Shown here: one piece after another, positions 36,514 through 51,000 of the stretch | Numbering within the stretch: the first letter of the stretch is position 1 | How the letters are laid out: the number at the start of each line of letters is the position of its first letter | Assembly: GCA_047967505.1 (NCBI GenBank) | Contig: CM106538.1 | DNA from: Dipteris shenzhenensis | Taxonomy: Eukaryota | Direction: 5' to 3' (one strand) | Length of the DNA stretch: 64,000 nt | Notes under the pieces: model-generated | What the model was told of the DNA's origin: nothing | The model's database searches: none | What the model saw: the letters and a program-made list of their open reading frames with translations, nothing else | Translations under genes and position numbers: made by a program

Positions 36514-36586
<73 letters not shown>
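36514..36586. repeat. (CA)n microsatellite
   Basis: Perfect CA run of ~73 bp. Confidence 0.98.
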
Positions 36587-36590
<4 letters not shown>

Positions 36591-37009
36591 ATAGCCCTTC
36601 ATGAGGTAGGTGAAGATAGGGAGCTTGGTGATTTCTTTCATGAAGAAAAGTGAAGATTGTGAGCCTTCTAGGTTTTTTTCTCAACATCTGCTCTTGATCG
36701 AATTTGATGTGAACTCTTGACAAAATTTGTCGCTCATGGATTTCGTGTGAAATTTTGATGCAATTGCTTCATATTCGATTGTATAAGGTGTTATGTTCTT
36801 CAGTTTGCCTTTCTTGAATCTTCCTATGCATACAAGGTACTATCTTATGTGCACATATGCTAGATAACTATGTTGGCTTACATGCCAACCTATGTTATTG
36901 TACTATTCACAATCAATTGAATTCTTTGAATCTTTTCTACTTATGATCACAAATGGTTTTTTCCACATGGCAACTTGGAGGAGAAGCACTTAGGAAATGC
37001 TACCATGTA

Positions 37010-37450
37010 CCACCCTTAGACTTAGTATGTCTTGGACTACCACCCTTGGACTCTTGAAATTTTATGAACTCATGAAACATCGCAATCTCTCTTGTATTAC
37101 AATTTACCACCCTTGATTCTTGGACTTTTACTGACTAATGAACTACCAACACACTCTCTTCTACCTATGAATCACAAGAGGGCTTTTGTTAGCTTGCAAG
37201 AGCGTAGTAAACGCTTCTACATGCCACCCTTGGGCTCACTATCTCTTGGATTACCAGTGTTTGACTCTTGGAATTTATGGACTCATGAACTACCCCAAGC
37301 TATTGAGCTACCACCCTTGGAGTCAAGACTACAAAAGGATCTTGGACTACCACCCTTGAACTCATAGACTATCACGTGCTATTAGACTATGCCACGCGCC
37401 ACCCTTGGAATCCTAGACTATCACTTCTTCTTGGATTACCACCCTTGGAC
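37010..37450. repeat. Dispersed array of an (A/G)CCACCCTTG motif
   Basis: About 8 copies of ccaccctt(g/a) at irregular spacing. Confidence 0.75.
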
Positions 37451-37476
37451 TCTTACTCTTACTGACTCATGAACTA

Positions 37477-37805
37477 CCACACACATACACATATGCATAC
37501 GTCTACAAAATACACATACACATGCATTACATGGACACAAAAACATACACGTGTGCATTCTCACACATGCATGCACATGCACACGTGTGCCGCACACACA
37601 CACACACACATGGGCATAAGTGCATGCACGCACATGCACATGTATACACATAGGCAAGGGGCACACACATACACATGCACATGCATACACAACACACACA
37701 TAGGCAAGAGGTGTACACATGCGCACTTGCATGAGCACAAATGCACACAATCATGTATGCACATAGATGCACACACTTACATACACATATACATACACAC
37801 ACATG
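37477..37805. repeat. Degenerate (CA/TA/TG)n low-complexity tract
   Basis: cacatgcacacatacac-type sequence. Confidence 0.85.
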
Positions 37806-37849
37806 TAGGCTATCAAACAACCATTCAATCAATATATATCAAATACAAA

Positions 37850-38229
37850 ATCTATGGAAAAAATGGTGAACGGCTATCAAGTTGCCGTTTTTGTGCGACT
37901 TCTGCAAAGAAGCTTCTTCACCTCAAAGATAGCTCATAGATCCAAGAATGGCTCTCCCACTGCGTGGCTATGGTAGCCCTGTACATGTCAAGAAGTGCCT
38001 CGATCAGAAGCTCCTCTCTCGTGCACACCATAGGCCCGATGCCGTGGTGCTTTGATACCAGTTGTGAGTTCACAACGGAAGCGGAAAATAAGAGAGAGTG
38101 AGAGCTAGAGAGGAACACACAGATTTGTGGGTGCTTAACCACCCTTATCTTCTATGTCATTCATATATATATGTTGAGTATTGTGTACATAACCGGGATT
38201 AAGGCATAGTGGACTTTAATCCCCACACA
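37850..38229 (-). mobile_element. Truncated LTR-element remnant (short LTR plus tRNA-Met PBS)
   Basis: gctttgatacca at 38049-38060 is a PBS on the - strand; adjacent TG..CA segment ~38063-38229 with a TATA-like run. Confidence 0.55.
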
Positions 38230-40420
38230 TCCAAACATAAAATGGGAATGTTCCATAGGGGCAAGAACTCTGCACAAAATTTTCCAAGACTTGTCGATGT
38301 TCACCGCCCTTCAAGTCTCTGCTCAATAAGTTTTTACAAGTCTTCTTGGATGACTTGTGTATCCATTCAGACAAGAAAGACCAATTACAATGCCTTGAGG
38401 TAGTTCTCATCAACAAATGCAGGGAGTATGGCATCTCCCTAAATTAGACAAAATGCCAGTTCATGGTCACCCACGGAATTGTTTTGGAACACATAGTCTC
38501 TCAATATGGAATTGCAACCGACATGGAAAAATCAAAATCATTATGGAATTACCACCTCCGCATAATTTGAAAGGAGTGCAGGTCTTTATGGGAGATGCCG
38601 GCTACTATAGAAGATTCATCTTGTGGTATGCCATGATAGCCCGCCCTATATACAAATTGTTGGTGGAATTATTTTGTACAAAGAAGTGTGACAAAGCCTT
38701 TGAGCTTCTAAAATGGTGCCTCATCACAGCACAATTCCTCATAGCTCCCAATCAAGAAATTGATTCTCATGTTCACAATGATGGCTCTAAGTATGCAATT
38801 GGGAGCGTACTATGACAACTTGGGGATCATAAGAAGGATTACTGAATTTACATTGCCAATCATCAACTCAATGATGCAGAAATCAACTACACAACCACCG
38901 AAACAAAAGCACTGGCAATGGTTTATAATGTCAAGAAATTTTGACACTATTTATTGGAAAATGATTTTGTATTCTACACCAACCATCAAGCATTGTTATA
39001 TCATGTGAATCATCTGTGTATGACAGGAAGGGTAACCAAGTGGCAAGAATTTGATTTCAAAATAGTGGTCTAAAAACATGCTCAAGACTACATTGATGAT
39101 CACTTGTCTCGCGTCAATTTTGTAGAAGAACCCACTCGAGTCAAAGATGACTTTTCAGATGCCACATTATTCCAAATCAAGGCTGTCCCGAAATGGTGTA
39201 CTGACATCATTGGATATATAATGATGGGAAAATCCCCACTAGATTTATGACGAACGGAAGCCCGCAAACTCATATAATCAAAGGTGCACCATATCAACTC
39301 ATAGCAGCCAATTATACAAAATAGGTAAAGATTAGATCCTGCATAGATGCATCATGCCAAATGAAATCCCACTTGTCATTTGCAAAGTGCATGAAGGCAT
39401 TGCAGGAAAATGCTTTGTTGGAGAAGCCACAGCTCAAAAAGGTCTTTTAGCTGGCTATTGGTGGCCCACAATATGGAATGATGCCTATGTGTTTGTGAAA
39501 AAATGTGATGTATGCCAACGAACTACCAAAACTCAACACAAAGACTTTAATCCCCGAACTACAGTCATGGCACAACACCCCTTTGAAAAATGGGGAATTG
39601 ACTTTCTAGGACCATACATCCTGCCGCTAAAGGAACACAAGCTTAGTACATCATTGTGGCAACATGTTATTTCATTAAATGGACTGAGGCATCAATATGC
39701 AAAGTAAATGCCAGAAGTACTTCCAAGTTCCTTTATGAAAATGTGATTGACACATGTTATGGTTGCCCATTGGAAATAGTCTCTGGACAAGGAACCCAAT
39801 TTGTCAAGTAATCCAAGAACTTCTCTCAGGACTCATGGTTATACACAAAAAGATAACTCCCTACTGTCCCCATGGGAATGGGCAAGAAGAATCTACCAAT
39901 AAAACCCTCTACATTATTGTCACAAAGGTAGTGGAACCCAAACGCTCTGACTGCTCGAAAAATCTTAGCTTTGCCTTATGGGCCTACAGAACCACTTTTA
40001 AGTCACCACAAGTTTTACACATTGAAAGTAGTATATGGTTTGAAGGCAGTATTCCCATTAGAATTCATTATCCCTAGTCTATGAGTGGTAGTACAATAGC
40101 TCCTCGGTGATAAAGAATACTTGGAAGCACGACTATTACACCTTGAGAAGCATACTGAAACAAGGTTAAGAGCCTACCATGCAATGACAATAGAAAAAAG
40201 ATGAAGGCATGTTTCGATAGAAATCTCAAATAAGGAGATTAATGAAGCTAACCTGGATTTTCTCTACAATGCCAAAGTCCACAAGGGCAAGTTAAACTGT
40301 CACCATATAAAGTTAAAACGATCAATCCCATTGGCACTGTGCTCCTCGAAACTTTGGATGGAGTGCAATTCAAATCAATGATCAATGGCAGTAGACTCGA
40401 GCGCTACTATGTCAACCTGC
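38230..40420 (+). mobile_element. Ty3/gypsy pol remnant (RT, RNase H, integrase)
   Basis: FMGDAGYYRRFI; HNDGSKYAIGSVL; NYTTTE..ALAMV; GYWWPTIWND..CDVCQR; PFEKWGIDFLGP; ALWAYRTTFK; INGSRLERYY. Confidence 0.92.
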
Positions 40421-41579
40421 AACTCATCCTTGACAACTCGCACCAACAAAATCAAAGAAATGGAAACCCCAAATCTCCCTTACTTAGGCCTACATTGTTA
40501 CACGCACACTCATTGATATATGTTCATGTTCGCACATATAGCTAGACCAATTTATTTCAAGCTAGGGCTCAAAGGTGATGACTAAGTCCTTGTTACCCTA
40601 TGAAATTCTAGCAAAATAAGCATATAGTTAGTCCCTACCTGGTTATTAGGTCCCATGCATTCACACACTTTTGCATAGGCACATAGTAGATTGCATCAGT
40701 AATTGTGCCACACACTTTCATTCCACACTCTCAAAGTATACGCTAAATTCACATCCCTCACACTACACACGCAACTGTCATACCTGCATACCAACTAATC
40801 TACCAATTTAATGACCAACACCCTATCCAAAGAAGATTCAATGAAAGAGTCCAAAGCCTCAGCCACCATGAGACATCACCAAAGTTTGTAGCCATTTACC
40901 TCCTCTCAATGCAGGCAACCACATGCATTTGTGGTTTGTGTGTTTGATTATTGTACATCATTGGGGTTAAGGAACAGTGGCCTATAACCGCCACAGAATC
41001 CACCCCACCCAACAACACAAGAAAACTCTTCACAGAGGCTAGCCTAGCTTGCTACCTCCAAATTGTTGGAGATGATGGAGAGGCCAAAGACCGTGCACAA
41101 ATGTAGGACTCAAAATCCCCCCCCCCCAACAACAGAGAAAACTCTACTCTAAAAACCCTTAGCCCTTCATCAATGTCTCCAGCAAATCCATAGAGCACAG
41201 CCATAAAGAGGCCAGCTGTGTGCATGCCATTCAAGATGGTGACATGGAGATGTGGGGAAGGTCGATGGAGATTATGAAGAAATTCCACAAGAGTAGGCAT
41301 TTCAAGTCCTAGTGAGTGCCATAGAATGACCTTGTATGAGAAAGCAGTCAAGATTGGGATCATGCTATCTCGAGGGGGGGTAGTAATGTTGGTTGTGTTT
41401 CCTATTGTAGTTCCTAGCATGTTACAAAGAGTGGGTGAGTAGTGGAATGGATGAGTAGATGAGAGCTTGAGGGAGAGTGGAGCAAGGTAATGACCAAGGG
41501 TGAGAGCTGGAGGAGGAAGCATGGAGCTAAGTAGCAGAGCAGGGGTAGATGAGAGCAAAGTAGCCAAACCATGTTCAGG

Positions 41580-42760
41580 GCGATGATTAAATAGTAGAAG
41601 TGGCACTCTAATATCAATGAGACACCTTAAATTAATCAAAATTCAAACCACCATAATGACTAGAGGCCCGGTAGTGCCATCCAATCATGAGCCATCTTAA
41701 TAAGCCAACTTAAATTAATCAAACTTTGAGCTAGCGCGATGACTGGAGGCCCAGTGGTGCCATCCAAATAATCATGAGCCATCATAATAAGTGCCTTAAG
41801 TTAATCGAAATATGAGCCAGTGCGGTGACTAGAGGCCCAGTAGTGCCATCCAAATAATCATAAGCCATGTTCAATTAATAAAAAATTGAACTGCCAATTA
41901 ATCGCATGCCTGGCCGCCAGGGGCAGTGTTGCATTTTGTAGACATTCTTTCCCATGTAAAGCTTCATCAAAAGACCTTAAAACATAGTGAAATTTGGCCT
42001 TGTTATTAAAGGTTAGGGCACCATGGTGACTGGGTCTAGATTGCTTGTTTTGCCCCAAAAATAATCACCAACATGCAAGCTTGTCCAATTTTAGAATGAT
42101 GGGCCGTGATTTTATCTCCGATGACCACTAAATATAATTGAGAATTGTTTTCCCCCAAAAAAATTCTCACATGCAAGCCCATGCAATCACATGCTAACAT
42201 AACAATTGGTAATTAACTGCACTAAACATAATGTCGACGTCCAAATAATCATGAAGAAGCCACCATGCCAATGACTGATAATTAAGTGGTAATTAAATCG
42301 CATGCATGCTAGACTAGATTGCTTGTTTTTCCCCAAAAATAATCACCAACATGCAAGCCTATCCAATTATAGAATCAAAAGCCACTACTTAATCTCATGA
42401 CACTGTAGTGACTGGTAATTTAAAAAATAATCAGGAATTGTATTGCCCCAAAAATAATCGCATGCAAGTCTACCAGCATGCAATCACATGCCACCACAGT
42501 GATGGGTAATTAACATCAAGAAGTCCAAATAACCATAAAGAAGCCGCAATGCCAGCGATGTATGGACATGCAAGGTTACCCATGTACAGACATGCAAGAT
42601 TATCAGCTAGTGTGGTAATTAAATCACATGCATGTCGGTGCAACGTATGGACAAGCAAGATTGCCCATGTCGGGTGGTATCTGAATAATCATGAAGGAGA
42701 TGCCATGATAATGACTGGTAATTAAGTGGTAATTCAATTGCATGCAAGCTTGTTTGAAAT
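41580..42760. repeat. Degenerate ~85-bp tandem array grading into longer diverged repeats
   Basis: Repeated atgact(a/g)gaggccc.gt.gtgccatccaa(ataa)tcatgagccat and ccccaaaaataatcaccaacatgcaagc. Confidence 0.75.
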
Positions 42761-43471
42761 TCGAGCCACCAATTATTCACCTACCACCCATCCAAAATCA
42801 TCCAGGAGCCACTACAATGGCCTTCACTCTACTTAAGCCGCTACTATTTGATTTCATTTACCATTTCCAACTCCTTTCACTATTTTGTATGATTAGTCCT
42901 TGTTGGATCTAGTGGATACTCATCCTCATGAGGTTGTCCTCAGGCTTAGTATTAGTATCGTCAGATGTGTTTATCCATGGTGCCTTCATGCATGCATTAG
43001 GCTATGTAGAAGGAGGAGGCAATGAGCTGCCCTCATTCTAGTAGTCTCCAGGGTGCTGATGAGAGTCAACCTCCATAGTTCTAGGGATGGCATGAGTCTC
43101 TTGGCTTCTCCATATAGTCAAGGATAGATAGATTGCATGTTGCTAGCAATACCACAAGGAGAAGTAGTCTCTATAGTCGGTTTACAAGATGATTTAAGTC
43201 TTGGAGTAGGTCGTCATTTGAGTGTATGTGTAGAAGGTTGTGTGAGACTTTGTGGATATCTTTTATGTTGTGTAATGATCAACAAGCCCAATCCATTGTG
43301 CTCTAGTTCTGATTATATAGTTGATTAAATTGCATGCATTATGATTTGAGGGACAAAGCCAACAGTGGTTTTAGAGCAAGGAATGCATATTCATGTAATC
43401 ACGTGAATTTTCTTGTGATTACATGTCGTGATGATGTATTTCATGCATTCATGAATATAATCATGCCTTTA

Positions 43472-43770
43472 CACTATCAGGTGGCCCTAACCTAGAAACC
43501 GAATACATACCGGTGGTAGTACCAACACTATATTGATGGTATCCTAGTACTGGCAGTAGCTCTAATACTACCGTCACTAGTTTAACACAATATTACTGGT
43601 GGTAGTGTTAACCATACCGCTAGTAATTTTATTGCCATTAATAGTAAAAGTATCATTGGTAGTAGTAGTAGCAATACCGGTGGTAGTTTGTTACTAACCA
43701 TTGGTAGTACTACTACTACCGATGGTAGTGATATAGTAATTACTGATGGTAGTACTATTGCCCTAAGATA
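43472..43770. repeat. CACTA pentamer followed by short direct and inverted GGTAGTA/TACTACC repeats; candidate CACTA terminus
   Basis: cacta at 43472; many ggtagta and tacta(c)c copies in both orientations over 43505-43760. Confidence 0.35.
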
Positions 43771-43991
43771 TATGCCAACCATCGGTTTCATTTTCAATAA
43801 GACTATATTGAGAAGAGGTAAAAATCCTCCTCTCTCCAAGTGGCCGAGGGGCCTAGTCCAAGAAGTGGTTCCTAGTCCCGTGTTGTGAATAGGATGGGGG
43901 GCTAGTTGGAACCATGGCCTGGAACTGGATTTCTTTGGCCCTCCACATAAAGGGGGGTTTTTTTTGTCAAAGTTTTTAAGAAATTACCTTG

Positions 43992-44095
43992 CATTTGTTG
44001 CATGCATGCATTGAAAGAATCATTTGTTGCATGCGTGCATTGAAAGAATCATTTATTACATGCATGCATTGAAAGAATTATTTGTTGCATTGAAA
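43992..44095. repeat. 29-bp tandem repeat, ~3.5 copies
   Basis: Unit catttgttgcatgcatgcattgaaagaat. Confidence 0.9.
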
Positions 44096-45949
44096 GTTAT
44101 TAATCTTTAAACTTTTACATTAATGCATGATAACTCATTTGCATTTCATGTAATTAAAAAAATTAAGAATGCAAAGGGTGGGAGATATTGTTAGATGCCT
44201 GCCTGCTCACAATTGTATGAAAACTGTAGCTATTTGCTAGTGTCAGGTGAGAAAGCTTTCTACACACACACATCAATATCTACTCGCAAGCATGGCCTCA
44301 ACCATCAGCACTAAGTGAAAAGTAGGGGAAGAGCTAAGTAACGGTGAGTGCAAGAGAGTGATGAGAAGCATTCAGGATGCCTTTTTTATTAGGGTGTACA
44401 ACATGGAGGAGAGTGAGATGGAATGAACCTGTCTAGTTTAGAGGGAGTTAGCACTTTGAAAAGGAGGATTCTTGATGATGCTAAGACTAGTTTGCAGTCT
44501 AAAGGTCATGATGACCTTGCAAGCTGGGTGCAATGGCAGACATATGCCATGCTTTGGGTTGATAGCTTTATTGGGAATGTAGAGACCCGCTTCAAAATGA
44601 AGCATGCAATGTAGACCCTACTCTTGCACAAGAGTTTGATGTCTTCAAATTAACACAATGGATGGGTGTATGGGCCAAGCACAAGACTAAGGTCGCTGCG
44701 TCAAATCGTCGTGTCATAGTGGCTAAGAGATGGGAAAATAAGGTAGCATCAACTTATGGGCGAGCTACGTCCCTGGCTACAGGTGAAGAGCAACCAACCT
44801 CTATACCCTCTCAACCACCTCTCAACCATTGAGAGGTGATGAGGTTTAAAGGTCACAACACATGGCTAGTAACATAGACTCAATCTTCTTGGATGTGCAT
44901 AATTTCTGAGCAAAAACCTATGAGCAGAAAAGTCCGAGCAATAATTTTTGATACCAACCATGCTTGTATATTTCTCAAAGGAATATAAAATTCTTTCTTT
45001 ATTTCTCATTTATGGAACCATATACTTACTTATTTTTCATCATAACCCTCATTTTAGAGAACATCATCTATATATGAACAAATAGTGAACACTTTAGAAA
45101 CTCCTATAAATACCTTCCTACCATACTCTCTTTTGAGGATTATGGTAATTCAATCAATTTAAAAGAGTTTCCCTAATCTTTAGCAATCCTATATTTGAAG
45201 CTCTCATATAACAATGTATACCATATATGAGTAGGAAAAAGATATTGGAAACCTCATACTTGAAGCCATTATAATTGATCATAAATTAATCTCTAATACA
45301 TTATCAAATATGGGAAGCCAAGGGAGGGATTTTTAAAATATTCCCAATTCTCCAAACCTAAGTACTTTTAAGGACATGTGGTCTCTATTGAACTCCTTCT
45401 TACCATAATATGAATTAGGGAGAAGTTGCAACTCTCATATACATCTTGAAATTTTTAATTTTTCTCTTTTATAACTATAAAAAGTGTAATTTTAACCTAC
45501 CATTGCATAGATCATGAGATTCTGAACATTTTTCCCTTTTACAACTCCTCAATCTGAGCTAAGGAGCAAAAGTTGTGACCCCTTTTGCATAGGCTCTCCA
45601 AGGGTATTCCGCCGGCGGAATAGGGTTGGGGCAAGCTCTTCAAACCATATTCCTTTGGCCAAATACACTTAGAGGGTCTATTAAAAAGGTAATATATATT
45701 TTTCTTAGGTTATCCTGAGGAACTGTAAAGATGATATTTGCTCAAAATTTCATGATCCAACCAATGGTGAAAGGAAAAGAAAGGATTTTTGAAAGTCATA
45801 AATAAGTCACCACTTAGACATTATATATGTATATTATATAAAGGTATATTTATATCTATATCTATTTATCAATATTTCATATTTACTTACCTATTCCTTG
45901 AAATAATTTGGATTCTTTTGCTCCCCAAAAATGACTTGAGCCTATATAT

Positions 45950-46760
45950 TTGGACCCTCCCACCTTTTGTCCGCTCGTCGCTCGGGGGTTTTTGCTCGAA
46001 AAATGGAAACCCCCAATCTTGGACTATGTCACACAGAGGGAGATCCAAGTTGGAGAGAAAATCGGCTTAAGATCCTATGGTACTATATTTAAAGTGCATT
46101 TGGTAGGAGCTGCAGGGTTGCCATATCACGTGGAATATGTCGGAAAGAAGCACAAGGGCAATATTGGGATGTGTACATGAGAAGCAAGGAGAGAAAAACT
46201 CATGCATATTTTACAACTAGTCCTTGTACGTGTGATTGCAGCAACCCGAGAAGAGCCACTGTAGACCATCATGCCATACTTTAATGGCCGTAGCTTGTTG
46301 CAGTTCCTTCAAAATTTGCCAATGGAATAGGCCAGGTCCATACGCTACTTCTACCATGTTCTAAGAGGAGGAGTGGATCTGATGGCCATGACAAGAAGGG
46401 AATTCCAAGCTACATTGGAGAAGGAAGATATTGCTCGAATCAATGTCTTTTGTGAATGTCCTCCATATCATCCATGCACTTGTGGATGTTGCACGTAGGA
46501 AGGTGGATGCACATAGACCTACATCCGCACAACATCTGATTGGATTTTGTTGGAAAGTCTAGATGCCGAGTAGGCACCGAGTAGGCATCATAGATTGGGG
46601 GATGGCCATGGACTTCTCGGAGAGTCGAAAGGAATTCAAGCATCTGAAGAAGTAGTCTTTGGAGACAGATGCTGACTTTTTTGAGAGAGTTTGCAAGAAA
46701 GAGGAAGAGCATGGGTGGAAAAAGTGGCTTGCACCCGAGCTACAAGAAGTAGCCTTAAGA
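45950..46760 (+). pseudogene. Intronless protein kinase pseudogene (divergent ePK)
   Basis: G-loop GEKIGLRSYGTIFKV; YVGKK; hinge IMPYFNGRSL; catalytic loop MHIDLHPHNI (~46507-46536); IDWGMA (~46590-46608); WLAPEL (~46724-46741); several stops and frameshifts. Confidence 0.75.
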
Positions 46761-48001
46761 GGCAGATACCTATGCATTGGGATGGATCATTGTTGAGATG
46801 ATTCAATTTTTTGGAGATGCCTGGGGTTATCTTAATAATGATCAAAATGCCTCTCGTTCATGTCATTAATGCCATTAAGTGTCATGTGCATGAACAAATG
46901 TATTGAGGACTATGGAAGAGATGACTCTTGCCCTTAGGCTTGCAACATAAGCCACATTTTTTGCCTTGTAATATTTTTGGGACACCATGTGTCTGTCAAA
47001 CTTATCGTAATAAACTTCTTGTTCAAAAACAAAATTAATGAGCTTGAAAGCATTTATAATTTGAAAAGATGCCATTTATGTTGTCGATGTATGACCATTT
47101 ATATTATGGAAAGATTGCAACATTTGAAAGCATTTATCCAAGATTGCAACATTTGAAAGCATTTATCCAAGATTGCAACATGTACATTCTGCATAGCATA
47201 TGTAACATCTTCATCTTTCATCGAGCATATTGCACGTGACATTTGAATCTTGTGTCCTACCTCACACATCTTGAACTCACAAATGTTGAATTTGATGCAT
47301 GCAAACTTTGCATACTGTTGCACTTCGAGCATTCATCTGTACTACATTATCCGAACTACACTATCTGAAACTACACTATCCAAAAATGTCATAAGGAGAG
47401 GATACTCCTCCTCCGCACAAGAAGAAGGATCTAGAAGAGCAGGGAAGCATCCATTGCTGTAAGAGGAGGCTCGACGTGTCGAGCATCAATGATTATAGCA
47501 CGAGCGACTACATAGGGTTGCCAAAGTAGCGCTCGAGCATGTGCCAGACACTATTGCACGTTCATCCGTGTATGCTCAGCCTAGAGGTCTGTATGTTTAA
47601 TAATTCAAATTTTGTTTGAAGATATTGTCAATAAGTATCTATGACGAACTAGCAATCAACACCATGGGCATTGATTTTACAGGCAAGCAATGGAAAGAAG
47701 TGAACAAGCTAGTCTCCAAACAAGAGCTTTTGGCAATCTGGCCCTTAGAGGTCGATGAAGAGGCAGCCTTAGTTAGTTAGGCGAGGAGACGTAGAAGAAC
47801 AATAGAGGGAGATGGAAGCACCCCAACCCAAGCTTTGCATGGGAGATGGAAGAGAGCCAATTATCGAGATGAACAGATTTGGAAAAAATCCCATGCAAAT
47901 ATATATTGAGGTATATGGAAAGGCACCACACCATAATGCAGTGGGGATGTACTTTGACACATTGCATCCTATTAGGTCTTGTATAACAAATATGACACTT
48001 T

Positions 48002-51000
48002 TGTGAAGATAGTGGGAGAGAAGGAAGGACTCTCACTTGCGGCTTTCTCACATACACAATGGGGGAATGCACACAAAGGTGGAGGCTGAAAATAGTTTTC
48101 CTCTTCTTAGTTGTGAAAGCCAAAAGAACTCTAGTACAAAGAAATAGAAGAACCCTATATGTGGGTTTCAAACCAAACTCAGCTAACTAAGGTGGCATAC
48201 TAACTGAGCCACGAACTAGAGTACATAAGGATAGCTGTCATCTAGCTATTATTCATGGGCGGTGTACCAACCGCATCTGTAGTAGCAAGTCGGTGACATA
48301 AATGCACAACGGTCACCCTGGCATATCACGAGTAGAGCTCGATATCTCAACACTCCCCCTCGAGCTCAATCCCAATTCCTGCACACCAAGCAGGTCTCTG
48401 AACTTGCACAGCTTCTCTGCGCCTAATGCCTTCGTGAATATGTCAGCTACCTGATCCTTTGTGCTGACATAAACTAGATCAATAAGACCTAGTAAATGTT
48501 ATCACAATGACTGATGCATATCATAAAGTAGCTTATGCAACCAAGCTACCTCACATGCAGCCATTACTGCACCCCTGTACTCAGCCTCTATGCAAGGCAA
48601 CTGTAGGCTGTTTCTTGCTGCTCCAAGTGATTGCAGTACTCCCAAAAGAGAACACATATCCACTAGTAGATCGTCTATCAAAAATACTACCAGCCCAATC
48701 AGCATCAGTGTATCCATGCAACTGTATCTGAACCCCAGTCTCATAAAATAGTCCATACTACAATGTGGACTTCACATACCTGAGTAAGCATCTAGCTGCA
48801 TCCAAATGCGGTTTCCTTGGAGCCTGCATAAACTGACTCACCAATCCAATAGCATAGCTCAAATCTGGCCTTGTAATAGTCATATAAACTTCCTACTATG
48901 CATCTGTACATAGTAGGGTCTTCCAGAAGCTCACCTGCATCTGTGCTCAGCTTCACATTCTGCTCCAAAGGAACTGAAATAAGCTTACATCCTGTCATCC
49001 CATATTTGGACAGCATGTCCAATCCATACTACCTCTACAAGAGCTGTATCCCACGAGCTGTATCCCACTTGGTGATCTAATCACCTCAATGCCCAAGAAA
49101 TAATGCAGCTCTCATAAATCCTTCATCTCAAACTTCTGCTTCAATAGCATTTTCACATGAAGGATATCTTCATCACTATCACTTGTGATGATCAAATCAT
49201 CAACATAAATGACAAGTAGCATAATACCTTTCTCTGTTTTTCTCACATAAAGTGAGAAATCTGCCTTGGAAATCTGAAAGCCAATAGTGACAAGATACTA
49301 TCCTATCTTATCAGACCATGCTCTAGGTGCTTGCTTCAAGCCATACAAGGCTTTCTTCAACCTGCAAACAAACTCAGGATGAACAGCATGAATATAACCT
49401 GGTGGCTGCTCCATAAAGATCTCTTCTTGCAAATCACCATGCAAGAAGGCGTTCTTTACATCCCTCTGATGTAAAGACCATCTTTTTGATGCAGCGATAG
49501 CAATGACTACTCTTACAGTTGCCATCCTTGCAACCAGACTGAATGTTTCTTCATAATCAATGCCATATGTCTGTGCATACCCCTTGACAACTAATCTTGC
49601 CTTGTATCTGTTCACAGAACCATCTGCATTGTGCTTCACCTTATAAACCCACTTACAGCCAATTGCATTCTTGTCTTTAGGTAAAGGCACCGATTCCCAT
49701 GGTAGCATTTGCTTCCAAGGCATCCATTTCTTCATCAATGGCTTTCTTCCATTTTTCTTTTCCCATGGCTTGCTCAAAAGAAGTGGGTTCTGGTTCCTGT
49801 ATCACTTTGACCATATAGGCATAGTGAATGGCTGTAAATCCATCATATTTCAACCTATCCATAGGATACCTAGCTTTGGTAGACCTGCACAAAATAGGCT
49901 CACTTCCAGGTGCTCTCAAAACATCCCTGGTATTCCTTACTCCAGGTGTAACAACAGAAGGAACACCCAACTCATCATCAATGCTCTATTCTGAGCTACT
50001 GGATTCACCATCCACATAAGAGTGACCTACATTCACATCAAACATGGGCTGATCTACCTTCTCTTTTCCTTTTCGTGATACCTGCATATCACTATCTGCA
50101 TTGCTTTGAGGAGATTCTCCTGATCTCAATCAGCTGTCCATGGCGAAGTATGTGAACCACTGCTAGAGGACACTACAGGTCCACTAATATTTTGTAATTG
50201 CTGCTGTGAATTTTATGCAGCATTACCATTTTGTGCATCTACATCATCAATCACATTTACTGGTTTATACCAGCTGCTCATCTCATTAAAAACATCTCTA
50301 CTCACTGTAAACTTACGAGTAGAAGGGTTATCGCATCTATCCCTTTCTGCTGCAGAGAATAACCAATAAGAATGCACTTCTCAGCTTTTGGATCCAACTT
50401 GGACCTCAACTCATCTGGCACATGAACATAGGCAATGCAACCAAAAATTTTCAAATGAGAAATATTTGGTTTTCTATGAGTATACATCTCCTCTGGCGTC
50501 ATGCCATGTATTGCTGTAGTGGGAGTCCTGTATGTAAACTGCTATAGCAACTGCTTTAGCCCAATAATAATCTAGTAGGTCTTTTTCATTTAGCATGGCT
50601 CGAGATACCTCTCCAATATGCTTGTTTTTCCTTTCTCTGCAAGTCCATTTTGCTATGGGGTATGACTGCATGAATATTGTTGCTTTATGCCATGCTCCTG
50701 TAGGAAACTTGCAAACTCATTTGAGAGGTACGCTCCCCCTCCATCTGACCTTAGGCATTTTATTTGCAGGCCTGTTTCTTTTTCAACAATAGTTTTAAAA
50801 GCTTTGAAATGCCCAAACACTTCACTTTTCTTTTTCATAAAATACACCCAAACTTTTTTGCTGTAGTCATCAATAAAAGTGACAAAATAATGATAGCCTC
50901 CAATAGATGTAGCTTTAGTAGTCCACACATTTGAGTGGATTAATTCCAATGGCTTCTTACTCTCTTGAACATGTCTAGGAAATGGTTTCCTTGCCTGTTT

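Noticed and set aside
36423-37939. His/Thr-rich and Cys/Val-rich ORFs
   Set aside because: Translations of (CA)n microsatellite and degenerate CA tracts.
41052-41639. 195-aa ORF on the - strand
   Set aside because: No recognisable domain, non-ATG start, biased composition; probably the 3' region of the gypsy element.
41580-42760. CRISPR-like array
   Set aside because: Eukaryotic context, degenerate units with homologous spacers, and no cas genes; an ordinary tandem repeat.
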